The position numbers and the translations under genes are program-made. This document shows, piece by piece, positions 11,736 to 25,356 of a stretch of 46,547 bases of DNA. Origin of the DNA: Chiloscyllium plagiosum (taxonomy: Eukaryota); contig NC_057759.1 of NCBI RefSeq assembly GCF_004010195.1, positions 4,690,054-4,736,600 of the forward strand, in the 5' to 3' direction. The stretch's first letter is position 1. Each line of letters starts with the position of its first letter. Under the pieces are notes generated by a model that made no database searches, was not told the origin of the DNA, and worked only from the letters and a program-made list of their open reading frames with translations.

Positions 11736-14204
11736 TCACTTGTCACAGGCCTCCAGTCTGAAAAGCATCCCTCCACCACCACCCTCTGTCTTCTACCTTC
11801 AAACAAGTTCTGTATCCAAATGGTGAGTTCTCCCTGCATTCCATGTGATCGAATCTTGCTAATCAATTTCCCATGGGGAAAGTACCTTGTCAAATGTCTT
11901 ACTGAAGGCCATTTAGATCACATCCACTACTGTGCCTTCATCAGTCTTCTTCCTTACCAATTCAAAAAAACTTAGTTGAGTTAGTGATACATGACTTCCC
12001 ACGCAGAAAGCCATGTTGACTACCCCTAAAATAATCCTGGCCTTTCAAAAAGATGTAAATCCTGTCTCTCAGAATCGTCTCAACTGTGTGCCTACTGTTG
12101 ATGTTACGCTCACTGTTCAGTAGTTCCCTGGTTTTGCCTTACCACCATTCTTAAACAGTGGCACCACGTTGGCCAACCTCCAGTCTTTTTGCACCTCAAC
12201 TGTGAGTATTGATGGTACAAATATCTCAGCAAGGGGCCCAACAATCACTTCCCTAGCTTATCACGTGTTCTATGATACACTTGATCAGGTGCTCGTGCTT
12301 TATATAACTTTTATGTTTAAAAACATCCAGCAGCACCTCCTCTGTATTATGAACATTTTTCAATATGTCACCATCTATATCCCACATTCTACATCTTCCA
12401 TTTCCTTCTCCTCAGTAAGCACTTTTGCTTAGTATCTCCCACATTTCCTGTTGTTCCACACATAGGCTGCCCTGCTAATCTTTGCTGGGCCCTTTTGTCC
12501 TTCATGTATTCATAAAATCTGTTTAAATTCTCCTTTACAATATTTGCCAAAGATAACTTATGTCTCATTTTTGCCCTCCTGATTTCCATCTTAAGTTTTT
12601 CCCTATTGCCTTTATACTCTTTGAAGGATTCAGTCAACCTCTCCTGTATTTAACTAATATATGCTTCCTTCTCATTCGGACCAAAACCTCAACTTCTTTT
12701 CTCACCCAGCATTTCCTACACTTACCAGTCATGCCTTTCATTCTAACAGGAACATACTGTCTCTGGACCCTCGTTTCCTCATTGTTGAAGGCTTCCCATT
12801 TTCCAGCCATCCCTTTGCCTGTGAACATCTGACCTCAGTCAACTTTTGAAGGTTCTTGCATAATACTCACAAAATTGGCCTTCCTCCAAATTAGAAATGT
12901 AACATTGAGATCTGGTATATCCTTTTCAATAACAGTACTAAATAATGGTCACTGGCCCCAAAATGCTCCCCCACTGACATATAATTATATCCCAAGTGTA
13001 GGTCAAGTTTTGCACCTTGGCTAGAATCAGGAAATGTTCTTGTGCACACTTAATGAATTCCTCTCTGTTGAAACCATTAACAAAATGGCAGTCCCAATCT
13101 ATGTTTGGAATGTTAAAATCCCTCACCATAACCACACCAGTATTCCTGCAGATCTAAGATCTCCTTACAAATTTATTTCTCAATTTCCTCATGAATGTTG
13201 GGGTGTCTACAGGTCCAATCCCAATAAGATGATGAAACCCTTTCTTATTTCTCAGTTTCACCCAAGTAATTCCCAGGAAAATCCTCCCTAAATATACCTG
13301 TAAACTTATCTCTTACCAAACACGTCACTCCCCATTTTCTCTTACTGCCCGCCTCCCCCAATCCTTTGATTCCTGGAACATTAGGCTGCACTTGTGTCCA
13401 TCCCCGAACCATGTCTCTGTAATTGCTATGATATCCCACTTTCCTAACCATGTCCTGAGATCATCCTTCTTCCCTGTTAGGCCTCTTGTATTGAAATAAA
13501 CACAGTTTAATTGATGAATCCGAAGTCATCCTCTGCTCCTGCCTGCCCTGACTGTTTGACTTGCCAACTATACCAGTCTCAGATCGATCTCTTTCCTCAC
13601 TATTTCCCTGGTTCCCGCCCCCACACCTTACTAGTTTAATCCCTCCCCAATAGCCCCAGGAAATGTCCCTGCCAGTATATTAGACCCCTTCCAATTCAGC
13701 TGCAATCCATCCTTTTTATACAAGTCACGTCTTCCCCAAGACGTGATTCCAATGATCCAAAAATGTGAACCCTTCTCCCCTGCACCAGCCCCTGAGTTGG
13801 GCATTATCCTATTCCTACCCTCACTCGCTCAGAGCAGTGGGAGTAATTTACATATTACTATTGGAGAGGACCTCCTTTCTAAATTCTTGCCTCTTCCTTT
13901 TTCTTCCTTCGGAATCTAATCCTTTCCCCTTCCTATGTAGTTAGTTCCAGTGTTCACTCTGGCTGGTCCCTCTCGCTTTTGTGAATATTGTGCATTCTCT
14001 CCAAGATATCATTGATCCTGGCACCAGGGAGGCAACACACTATTCTGATTTCTCGCTGTCGGCCGAAGAGACGTCTGCCTGACAAAATGATTCGAGTTTT
14101 GTAATTTGTAAAAGGAGGACCTTCCAAATCGCGACTTCCATCTAAACGAATTAGGGCAGCTGATATTGGGGAACAATGCCTTGATATCGGACAAGTTCCC
14201 CTCC

Positions 14205-14417
14205 AAGGCAGTCACCATGCTGACTTGGAAATAAAACCGCTTTCTTTCACTGTCATTGGATCAAGGCCCTGGAACTCCTTATTCATGGCATTGTGGGCAG
14301 CACATGGACAACAGCTGTTCCAGAAGGTGGCTCAACACCCCCTTCTCAAAGGGATGGAGAATAAATGCTAGGCTCAGCCAGCGACATCCACGTTCCAGGA
14401 GTGAATAAACAAAAACA
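14205..14417 (+). mobile_element. LINE 3' fragment (RTE-X-like, tentative)
   Basis: Ends in an A-rich tail; a related sequence occurs inverted at 17670-17860. Confidence 0.5.
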
Positions 14418-14801
14418 GCTGGGGTCTCTCGTTGTGGCAGGTTTCTGTCTGCAGCATACCTGACACTAAAATCTGTCACCCACGACAAACTAAATCGAGT
14501 CCCAGAGATGTTATTGCACACCTGGTCTGACTTTTGCATGGGCTTCCTGACCCAGAAATAAGCTCTGACACTGTGATACAAGACTCTCTCCATCAGTTAT
14601 TTTCTGCCTTCATAAGAATGGTCCACTAATTCCATCTCTCTGTATGATACTTTGGGCAAGGAATTAATATTTGTGGTTGAGGGTCACCAGGATTAAATAC
14701 CACAGTTAACATTCGATCTGACCATATGTTGTCAAATGGGGAAGCACAGGGGATGGGCCGAGTGGCCGCCAGTTTCTCCGCCCCCTGATCAGATTGTGAG
14801 A

Positions 14802-15075
14802 GATTCTGGATCAGTGGTGCTGGAAGAGCACAGCAATTCAGGCAGCATCCGACGAGCAGCAAAATCGACGTTTCGGGCAACAACATCTCTGGGACTCGAT
14901 TTAGTTTGTCCTGGATGACAGATTTTAGTGTCAGGTATGCTGCAGACAGAAAAGCGAAGGGCTTTTGCCCGAAACGTCGATTTTGCTGCTCGTCGGATTC
15001 TGCCTGAATTGCTGTGCTCTTCCAGCACCACTGATCCAGAATCTGGTTTCCAGCATCTGCAGTCATTGTCTTTAC
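14802..15075. mobile_element. Young Penelope-type fold-back insertion with 12-nt target duplication
   Basis: Near-perfect inverted arms of about 79 nt; CAGATTGTGAGA at 14790-14801 and 15076-15087. Confidence 0.85.
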
Positions 15076-15279
15076 CAGATTGTGAGACAGCCGGAGGGAG
15101 GAGTTATTAACATGACCCGGGAATGAGCACCATTGGAGCTTCATAAAGGGACAATGTCCCAGCTTGAAACCTTCTCTGCCCTTCCCCCTACAGTCCCAGT
15201 TCCTTTGGTCAAACTGGGAGGAAAGGGAATTAGGGAAATGACCAAATGGTGTTTGTTTCTGGGAAGCATTCGAAAAAGC

Positions 15280-15745
15280 AGCACATGCGCGATGATTGTT
15301 CCTGTCCAGAGCAGCGCATGCGTGAGGCCCTCCCCCAGCGCTGCCATTGAGGAGCATTTACTCAGTGAGTGCAAGAGGTTTGTTTGAAACAGACCGCAAT
15401 GGAGAGATCAGCGCCCAGGGAAGCGAGGGAACAGCAGGCTCCTTCCAGCAGCACATCGGGATGGGAGCCTGGGACACAGAGGGGGCTCCGAGACCGGGAT
15501 TGATTCGGGGTGAGTTCAGGGAGAACCGGGGGCTGTTTGTAAGAGGCCGAGCGGAGCAGGAACTGGTCCCGGAACTTGGAGTGAGCGGGCTGGGGGGAAG
15601 AGAGAGGCCTTTCTCGGGCTGTGTGTGGGCCTGCTGAGGGAGGCAGAGCGGGAGGAAGCTGCTGTGGGACATCCTTGGGGTTTACAATCCTCTGAACACT
15701 GTTGGGAATTCATTGTTTGGCTTCTGTTTCACGCTGTTTGTTGCG
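15280..15745 (+). promoter_or_regulatory. CpG-rich promoter/first-exon block, copy 2 (faces right)
   Basis: GCGCATGCG at 15314-15322; donor GTGAGT at 15510-15515; reverse complement of 4050-4530. Confidence 0.65.
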
Positions 15746-16160
15746 AATAGACGTTGATATAAAGGACAGTAGAATCAGATGTGATAATCCTGTGAAGGGT
15801 AAATATAGCAGGCACCGGATAAATGTCTCCAACTATGTGAAATCGTGCCCAGTATTTGTTTTTCAACAGTTAGTGTATTGGGAGCTGGACATTGAACTGT
15901 GGAATCATTACATTTGTGCAGCTATGCACATGTTGGTTAGTTTATTTTTATCTCAGTAAAATGTTTTAGAATTTGGGAAACAGAAAACAACTGGAAGGAG
16001 CTCAGGGCTCGAGTGGTACCAGGATCAGCTCTGTTCACCTCACCCTGTTCAAAAACAAAGAATTATAATGATCATGACCTGAATATTGCATTGATCATTT
16101 GATATCTTCCTACTCAGCTGCTAGTGATGTACAGGAGCTCTCTCTTTTGTCTTTCTCCAG

Positions 16161-16215
16161 GCAAATATTTGATGGATCAATCCAAGGGTGACCAGCTGCT
16201 TCTCACACCCAGCAG
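16161..16215 (+). other. Candidate small non-coding exon
   Basis: TCTCTTTTGTCTTTCTCCAG| acceptor and CAG|GTATTT donor. Confidence 0.4.
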
Positions 16216-17669
16216 GTATTTACCACCGTCAGAGAGGAGAATGTCCTTTCCACTGTCTGAATGGATTGAGTCAGATGCGCATTGAGCTCCATTTCCAGAA
16301 GTAATCTAAGAGTTAAACACAACTGACGATATATAAATCGATATTATTTTGCCCTGTTCTCAGTGCTTAGCACCTCAGTGATAGCTAATTCCATTATTCA
16401 AAGCTAATTATCATTCATAAGATGAGAAGCAGGTTAGACTGTATGCATTTATGAGCTGCATTAAATTCTTATGTAGATTTTTAAAGTTACAATCAATTAG
16501 AACAAACCGTTCATGGTGTTACATGGCTATAACAAATATATATAAATATGAAGTGTATATTTGAGTGCAGATATAGAAGCAATGTTGGACAACTGAGCAG
16601 GACAAAATTATTCTTTTGATAAACAGTTGTCCTGTACAAAGACAATAATCAAACAATGTAAATTTCAAATGAAGCTCTTGGTCAAGCCTGATCTACAGAG
16701 GATGCTTAATGCTCATTCACATACGTACATACACATCTGTGCCTGTCTCTGTCTCTCTCATTCTCACTCTCAGCCTGGTGTTGATGAAAACACACTTTAT
16801 GCACCCTCCCATTCTGGTTGAGGGCCTGAGTAATGCAGAAGCATTTCAAGACTTTTTAAATGTATGAAACACTGATTGATAAGACATTAAACCCACCTCA
16901 TAAAGTGTATCAGATCAAAACATGCAGAACTGGAATCACATAAAGACATATAGACCACTCTTCAAGGTGATACAGATTGGCAGCACAACAGAAAACTCAC
17001 TCACACTCAGCCAGTTAATGGTAAAAGGGGAAAAAAATGCAATTTCGGCCCACAACTACTTCCAGCTATGAACGGTCATAAATTGACTGACCTAATTATT
17101 AATCGCTTCAGAAGATGTTAGTATTAGTTACATTATTGCAGTGCCCAGCAGCAACTGCCAAAGACTACTGCACACAAAATGTAGAAAGAAAACTGAGATT
17201 AAATACAATAAAATTCAGATTCCTGGCAAAGATAAGTATTGAAACAACATTAATCCCTCAATCACACAGGTTTATCAAATATTATTGGGGTTTATCCTAC
17301 ACCCTGCTGAAATAAACACCACTGAACATAGAAAGAAAATGGCATCCATATACTCAACTTGTCACTGTTGCACACAGAGCAAAACTGGCACGATAGGTAT
17401 TCAAAGGCCGATAACTGCAGAACTAATCTCAAATTGGCATTTACACCGAGACACTGGCAGTGAGTGAATGAAAATTAGAATCCCAACAATTAGTGGAAAC
17501 TCGTATGGAGAACAGAATAAGAATAGAATGTCCCAGTGCAGACACAACAGGCTGAATGGTTGTACCAATTCTGTGATTGTGTCATTAATCACAAAATGCA
17601 TAAGGGATTAAGGCCCAATTTCAACACCCTAAACACTATGATCACAGATTGAATCACCGTCAAAGATTT

Positions 17670-17860
17670 CTTTTTTCTAATTCATTCATGGGATGGGGGC
17701 ATTTATTGCCCATCCCTAACTACCCACACAGCCACATTGATGTGGGTGTGGAGTCACATGCAGGCCAGACAAGGGAAGGATGGCAGTTCATGGACAATAC
17801 TTGAACCAGATGAATTTTTCTGGCAATCAACAATAGATTCATGGACATCATTAGACTCTT
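17670..17860 (-). mobile_element. LINE 3' fragment, same family as 14205-14417
   Basis: T-rich end followed by ATTCATTCATGGGATG...ATTTATTGCCCATCCCT. Confidence 0.5.
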
Positions 17861-18504
17861 AGAATATTATTGGCTGCCAGAGAATTGAGCAACTTTGGTA
17901 TATAACAGTTGAAAGTGACTGGAACTCATTGAGAACTTCAGTCTCACAGTCACACAGCAGAAACTGGCATGTATAGATCAATTCCTAAATTCATACATGG
18001 ACAGCAGAAAGTGACATGTATACTTCAAGTCCTAAACTCTCATATGGACACAACCAAAACTGACAGGCATCGATTGATGTCTGCTCTCACATATTCACAT
18101 TGCAGCAAATACAAGGGAGAGAACAATAATCATGCACACACACACGACAGGTATGTCGTACGATAACTAGACTAACACATTCGCATAGCAAAACCTGACA
18201 GGTACAATATGATAAATGAATTTGCACATTTATAAACAAGAAATAGATGCAAATTAATAACTGCACTCTCAGATGCACAGCGCAGAATCTGACAGGGACA
18301 GGTTGGTTAATAACTCACAGATGCAGGTGGCAGTAAATTCCAGAGAAAGATTGATAACTACACTCTCATATTCATAAAGCAGAAACTGACTGGAATAGAT
18401 TGATTTTGCTCCCAATTTCAAATCACATAAATTGACATGTACACTTTGATAACGACACTCATATATTCACAGAGAAGAAACTGACAGGCAGAGATTGATA
18501 ACAA

Positions 18505-19120
18505 AACAAACATTAGTGGAAAATTCACAGGTCTGGCAGCATTTCAGGTCTAGTAACCAGTCTTCAGAACTGATGGTGGCAAAGATAATGCACACAATGT
18601 GGTCTCCTCAATGTTGGGGCAACTGAGTGTAGATTGGGTGTCCACTGTGCAGAGAACATAAATTCTGTCCAGACAAAAAGACCCTGAGCTTCCAGTTGTC
18701 TGCCACTTCAACACACCACCCAGTTCCCTGGCCAAGATCTCTGTCTCAGGCTCGCTTCAGTGCTCCAGTGAAGCTCAGTGCAAGCTGGAAGAAGGGCACC
18801 TCATTTTCTGCTTGGGATCTCAACAGCCTTCTGCACTCAATATGGAGTTCATCAGCCAAAGGGCTTGAACTCTCCCATGTCATTACCCAAAACCCCATAT
18901 ATCCAGCCTTGTTAACATAAAGTCTGCAATTATACACCACCAATTGTTAGCCACTAACAGGCCCTATTAATAGGCTATTCACCCACTTAGTCTGGCAGTT
19001 ATGCACTCCTTTGTCTGTCCTACTGTTCTTCTCTTTCTTTGGACTCTATCTCCATATGTCTTTTACTCGTCACCCTTCCACCCATCCTATCTTCTGTATA
19101 AAACTAATATTTTCCTAGCT
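18505..19120 (+). mobile_element. Penelope-like element GIY-YIG endonuclease remnant
   Basis: CGLLNVGAT..RLG, PVVCHFN and LEEGHLIFCLGSQQPSALNMEF match the PLE endonuclease C-terminus. Confidence 0.8.
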
Positions 19121-19124
19121 ACCT

Positions 19125-19600
19125 CCAGAAAATACAGATGTTTGAATACACCACCCAACAAACTCAAGAACAGCTTCTCTGCTGTTATCAGACTTTTGAA
19201 TGGGCTGCTCAAATTTTAGGGCGTAAGTGGGTACTGTAGATGCTGGAGATTAGTCGAGATTAGAGTGGTGCTGGAAAAGAACAGCAGGTCAGGCAGTATC
19301 CAAGGAGCAGGAAAATCAATGTTTCGGACATTCCTGATGAAAGGCTTTTGCCTGAAACGTCATTTTTCCTGCTGCTCGGATATTGCTTGATCAGCTGTGC
19401 TTTTCCAGCACCAATCTAATCTCGCACAAATTTTAACGTTAATCTCTCTCTCTTTGCACCTTTAATACTGTATTGCAGATTCTGTTGTATTACCCTGATG
19501 CATTTTGCATGATATTATCTGCCTGTAAAGTGCACAAAGCAATACTTTCCATTGTATCTCAGTGCGTGTTACAATAATAAATCAGATCAAATCAAATCTA
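19125..19600 (+). mobile_element. LINE 3' end (Rex1/Babar-like, tentative) containing a Penelope-type hairpin at 19220-19426
   Basis: NKLKNSF..AVIRLLN end of ORF and (AAATC)n tail; the insert has inverted arms and a CAAATTTTA duplication. Confidence 0.6.
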
Positions 19601-21098
19601 CACTCTCAGAGAGCAGAATCTGAGAGGTACAGGTTGATAACTACAGTCACACAAACTGACAGGAAAAGATGAATAAATACACTCAAACACTGACATTACA
19701 GAGCCTGACAGGGAAAGATTGATAACTAAACTCTCTCATTCACAAAGCAGAAACTGATAGCGACAGGTGAAAACTCAGCTCTCACATTCACATGGTAGAA
19801 ACTAGAAGGATTGACAATTACACAAACATATTCACCAGGCAGAAACTGACAGCTACACGTTGACAACTATATTTATGTATTCACACGGCAGAGTCTGAAA
19901 GATACAGATTGACAGTTACACTCACTTTTACAAAGAAGAAAATGACAGGTAGAGAATGATAACTGTACTCCCACATTCACATCACTGAAACAGACAGCTA
20001 CAGTTTGATTAATACACCCACATTCACAGAGCAGAAGCTGATGGGTACTGATCAATAACTGTATTCACATATTGACAGGGAAGAAACTGACAGGGACAGA
20101 TTGGTATCTACACTGTCATATCAACATAGTAGAAACAGATTTACAATGACATTCTGGTGTCAAATAGCAAAACCTGACAGATACTGTTCGATAATTGCTC
20201 TCCCATATTGATACAGTTTAAACTAACAGTTAGAGATGAATATCCACATTCTCACAGAATAAACTGATGGGTACAAATTGATGACTGCATTTCATATTCA
20301 TACAGCAGAAACTGACAGGTAGAGACTAATGTCGAAACTCGCATTCTCACAGCTGAAACTGACAGGTATACTGTCAGACACACAGCAGAAGCTGTTAGGG
20401 AAAGATTGGTAAAGCAAACACGCACATTTGCAGGGCAGAAACAGACAGGTATATATAGATAACTAAATTCGCATATCCACATCGGAGAAACACATCGGGA
20501 CTGATCCTATTTATTAAAAATGTATGAAATGTATTTATCAACCAGTCCCTGGCAGTTTCCTCTATGTGGATACACAAGTTCAGTTATCAATCTGCACGTG
20601 TAAGTTTATTCTATGTGAATGTATGAGTGTAGTTATCAGTCTGTCCCTGTTTGTCTCTGTGATGAGAAAATGTAAATATATTTACCAGAGAGTGACAGGG
20701 ATAGATTGATAACTGCATTCACATGCATATTTACAGTTTGATAATTGCACTCAGATATTCACAGAGCAGCATTTAACAGGTACATCTTGATAATTGTCCT
20801 CACACATTCACTGAGCAGGAACTGACAGCTATGGATAGATAAGGAAACTTTCATATCCAGGAACGCACTTGCATTAAATTATCACATTTGTAGAGGTGCT
20901 GGTTAGTATCTGGTTCTCAGTGAATTGGTATAGATTTTCTTCATACAGTCACCAAAAAGCAGGTCAGGCCAAAAATAGAATCAGCCCTGTGGTCCTGTTG
21001 GCATTGTTGTCTTGAAGGAAAAACAGCCTAATGATTATTAAATTATTACATTGACTTAATGTTGATTTACAAACGATGTCTCTTCTGTCTTCCTCCAG

Positions 21099-21180
21099 GT
21101 AATTACTTGAAGGACCAAGACAGTGTAATATGTCCTTAGTACAAAGCCAAGTGTGACCAATTCCTTCTAACAAACAGCAG
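21099..21180 (+). other. Candidate small exon paralogous to 16161-16215
   Basis: TCTTCTGTCTTCCTCCAG| acceptor and CAG|GTATGT donor; flanks align with 15900-16320. Confidence 0.4.
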
Positions 21181-21329
21181 GTATGTTACCATAGTCAGAC
21201 TGAATAACATCCTTTCCAAAGTTACAGAGCAGATTGAATTAGACACACATTGATTCAATTTCCAGAGATAAATTTTCAAATGAAGAGTCAAATATCATGG
21301 AGGAATTACATTTTTTTTACCATTACAGT

Positions 21330-22130
21330 GACCCTCCTGATTTTATAAACCTCTTTCAGGTCACCTCTCAGCCTCCAACACTCCATGGCAAACAGGCCCA
21401 GCCTCTTCAGCCTCTCCCTTTCACTCAAACACTCCAACCCTGGCAATAATCAGGTAAATCTTTTCTGAATGTTTCAACTTTCACAACATCCTTCCAATAG
21501 GAAGGAGACCAGAATTGCACACAATATTCCAAAAGAGGCTCAACCAATTATCTGTACAGCTGCAACATTATCCTTTTTCATTATCCTATCGACCGGCTAC
21601 TCCACTTTCAAGGAACTATGAACGTGCGCTCCATGGTCTCTTTGTTCAGCAATACTCCCCGGGACCTTACCATTAAGTGTATAATCCCTGCCTTGATGTG
21701 CCTTTCCAAAATGAAGCATCTCAAATTTATCTGAATTAAACTCCATTTGCCACTGGTCAGCCCAGAGGCCCATCTGATCATGATCCTGTTGTAACCCTTC
21801 TTTGCTGTCCACTACATCGCCAATTTTTGTGTCATCTGCAAACCTTTTATGTTCACATTCAAATCATTTATAAAAATAAGGAAAAGCAGTGAACCCAGCA
21901 CCGATCCTTGTGGCACACAACTGATCCCAAGTCTCCAGTCTGAAAGGTAGCCCTCCACAACCACCTTCTATCTTCCATGTTCAAGTCAATTCTGTGTCCA
22001 AATTGCTAGTTCACCCCCCTGATTTTCATGTGATCTAACTTTGCTAACCAGTCTACAATGAGGAAACTTGTCAAACATCTTACTGAAGGCCATATTGATC
22101 ACATACACTACTCTACCCTCGTCAATCTTC
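21330..22130 (-). mobile_element. CR1 RT fragment
   Basis: FSKMFDKFPH and WADQWQMEFNSDK. Confidence 0.9.
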
Positions 22131-23394
22131 GAGTCAAAGAGATGTACAGCACAGAAGCAGACCCTTCGGTCTAACTCATCCAAGCCAACCAGGTATCCCA
22201 ACCCAAACTAGTCCCACCTGCCAGCACCCGGCCCATATCCCTCCAAACCCTTGCTGTTCATATTTGCATTCAGACGCTTTTTAAAAGTTGCAATTGTACT
22301 AGCCTCCACCACATCCTCTGGCAGCTCATTCCATACATGTACCACGGTCTGTGTGGAAACCTTGCCACTTAGGTTTCTTTTATATATTTTCCATCTCACC
22401 CTAAACCTATGGCCACTAGTTCTGGACTCCCCCACCCCAGGGAACATAACTTGTCTATTTATCCTAACCATGTCCCTCATAATTTTATAAACCTCTATAA
22501 GGTCACCCCTCAGTCTCTGATGCTGCAGCGAAAACAGCCCCAGCCTATTCAACTTCTCCCTGTAACTCAAATCCTCCAACCATGGCAACATCCTTGTAAA
22601 TCCTTCATCAACCCTTTGAAGTTTCACAACATCCTTCTGATAGGAAGGAGACCAGAATTGTATGTAATATTCCAACAGCGGTCTAAGCAATGTCCTGTAT
22701 GTCCAACGGTCTAAGCAACATGTACTCAATACTCTGACCAATAAAGGAAAGCATATCGGACGCCTACTTCAATATCCCATCTAGCTGTGACCCTACTTTC
22801 AAGGAACTATGCTTGTGCACTCCGAAGTCTCTTTGTTCAACAACACTCCCTAGGACCTTGCATTAAGTGTATAAGTCCTACTAAGATTTGCTTTCCCAAA
22901 ACACAGCACCTCGCATTCATCTGAATTAAACTCCATCTGCCACTCCTCAGACCATTGGCCCATCTGATCAAGATCCTGTTGGTAATCTGAGGTAACCTTC
23001 TTCCCTGTCCACTACACTTCCAATTTTGGTGTCTTACCTCCATTACCCACATCCAAATCATTTATGTAAATGATGAAAAGTAGTGGACTCAGCACTGATC
23101 CTTGTGGCACTCCACTGGTCCAATGCCTCCAGTCTTAAAAACAACCGTCCACTACTGTCCTCTGTCTTCTACCTTTGAGCCAGTTCTGTATCCAAAATGG
23201 CTAGTTCTCCCAGTAATCCATGAGATCTAACCTTGCTAACCAGTCTTCCATGGGGAAATCCTCTTTGTTACTTCAAAAAACTCAATGGAGTTTGTGAGTC
23301 ATGGTTTCCCACGCACAAAATGATGTTCACTGTCCAGAATCAGTCCTTGCCTTTCAAAATGCATGTAAATTCTGTCCCTCAGGATTCCCTCCAC
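22131..23394 (-). mobile_element. Second CR1 copy with 3' end, running into the gap
   Basis: LLRPLLEYYIQFWSP, LRGDLIEVYKIM and WNELP. Confidence 0.92.
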
Positions 23395-23894
23395 NNNNNN
23401 NNNNNNNNNNNNNNNNNNNNNNNNNNNNNNNNNNNNNNNNNNNNNNNNNNNNNNNNNNNNNNNNNNNNNNNNNNNNNNNNNNNNNNNNNNNNNNNNNNNN
23501 NNNNNNNNNNNNNNNNNNNNNNNNNNNNNNNNNNNNNNNNNNNNNNNNNNNNNNNNNNNNNNNNNNNNNNNNNNNNNNNNNNNNNNNNNNNNNNNNNNNN
23601 NNNNNNNNNNNNNNNNNNNNNNNNNNNNNNNNNNNNNNNNNNNNNNNNNNNNNNNNNNNNNNNNNNNNNNNNNNNNNNNNNNNNNNNNNNNNNNNNNNNN
23701 NNNNNNNNNNNNNNNNNNNNNNNNNNNNNNNNNNNNNNNNNNNNNNNNNNNNNNNNNNNNNNNNNNNNNNNNNNNNNNNNNNNNNNNNNNNNNNNNNNNN
23801 NNNNNNNNNNNNNNNNNNNNNNNNNNNNNNNNNNNNNNNNNNNNNNNNNNNNNNNNNNNNNNNNNNNNNNNNNNNNNNNNNNNNNNNNNNNNNN

Positions 23895-23977
23895 TCCACA
23901 CAGTCAGTCGCCTGAGGCGGGAATTGAACACGGGTCTCAGGCGCTGCAATGCGAACCACTGTGCCACCGTGCCGCCC
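23895..23977 (-). mobile_element. HE1-type SINE 5' part
   Basis: GGCGGCACGGTGGCACAGTGG head and B-box-like GTTCAATTCC. Confidence 0.85.
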
Positions 23978-23989
23978 ACACTAAGAATG

Positions 23990-25005
23990 CCTTCGCACAG
24001 ACATGCCAAGGAACTACAACGAAGGTTCCTCATTAATGGCAGCCATGCCCTCCATATACTCATCACAGGAATTTCTGGAAACATCGAAACATGAAAATTG
24101 ACAAATGTGATATTATGGTCTCCTTTGCCATTATGGCACTTTTTACAATTTTACATAACTTTAGCTAAAGAACCATAGCTAAACTCTTGAACAACAAGAA
24201 CAGACAAACCGACTATAAGACCATCAATAAAGGCACCATATTAAAACTGTGTTTGACCATGCGTTTCATCTTCAACAGCCAGGTATATGTGCAAGTCACT
24301 GGGACACCTATGGGGCTCATAGCTGAAGCATGAATGCAAACTTCCGAACAGACAGCCGTTCTGCAGATCAAATCCAATCTATTGGCCAGGTGTGTGGATG
24401 ACATCTTTATGATAATCAAAACAACTGAAATCGAGGACACACCCCAGAAGATAAACAGCATTTTCACTGGAATCAAATTTATTACAAAGGAGGAGAACAA
24501 CCAACGCCCATTGCGAGACGTCATTGTTACAAGGACACAGAATGGTGAATACACAACAGAAATGCACAGAAAGATGACACACACAGCGATCAGATCCAAA
24601 ATTACTACAGCAACCACACGACCAGAGGAGCTGGATTAGGACCCTGCTGAAGAGAGCAACACACCGCAGCAAACCAGAACTGCGAGGAGAGGAAGAATAC
24701 CTGTCTTTGCTAAAACGGATACCCCCACAGATTCCTCAATAGGTGCTTTGTGGACAAGCACCACCAAGAAGTCAAGAAACGACACCCTCCACGTCCCCCA
24801 CCCCACCACCACCCACTGGCTGCTCTCCCATGCATTTAAAAAAATTTGGAACTGACAAGACCGCTCTGACCACTAGGGGGTCTTGACAGCACGCATGTCG
24901 ACAGCCACACTCACAGAGCAGCAGACTTAACGACCTGATATTCACGAATATAATTCACAAACTCACATGCAGTCACGGCACTAAGCACTCTGTCGGACCA
25001 ACAAG
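23990..25005 (+). mobile_element. Penelope-like reverse transcriptase remnant
   Basis: MVSF....LFT, YVQVTGTPMG, RCVDDIFMI, IKFITKEE and HRKMTHT; stops and frameshifts. Confidence 0.8.
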
Positions 25006-25356
25006 AAGACAGAGTCGTGCTGGAAAAGCACTGTAGGTCAGGCAGCATCTGAGGAACACAGTGAAACTTATCTTGATAGAGCAGGGAAGGTTATCGATGC
25101 TTGTCTTGTATTACGGGCATTTGTTTCAGACTGCAGGTACTACACTGTTCTGGGTGGTGAACTCAGACCATGCTCGATGGGTCTGGTGATGTAGACCCTT
25201 CTGGGAAGAGAATGGTTTCCCTCTGAACCAGCTCATTCACCAGGATCTCTCTGCCACTGTCGACAAAATGTAGTACCAATTGCCCTTTATTTGACAGACT
25301 CAGGACAAACTGCACAGAGCAGTTCCCAACTCAGAAAGCTCGGCAATATGCCCATT

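Larger units (their letters stand above)
11030..14060 (-). mobile_element. Near full-length decayed CR1 LINE (ORF1 esterase, APE and RT), with nested insertions
   Basis: IVCCLPGAR (ORF1, about 14020-14043); VRDFNIPNIDW (APE); IQQDL..L.DW..EW..EFN (RT end). Confidence 0.9.
17861..20845. repeat. Degenerate satellite with a unit of about 43-45 nt (CAGAAACTGACAGG...TTGATAACTACACTC), interrupted by TEs at about 18500-19600
   Basis: Dozens of AAACTGACAG/TTGATAAC recurrences; inverted sub-block at about 20525-20680. Confidence 0.85.

Noticed and set aside
23233..24084. Long ORFs spanning N runs (also 44790-45938)
   Set aside because: Artefacts of assembly gaps
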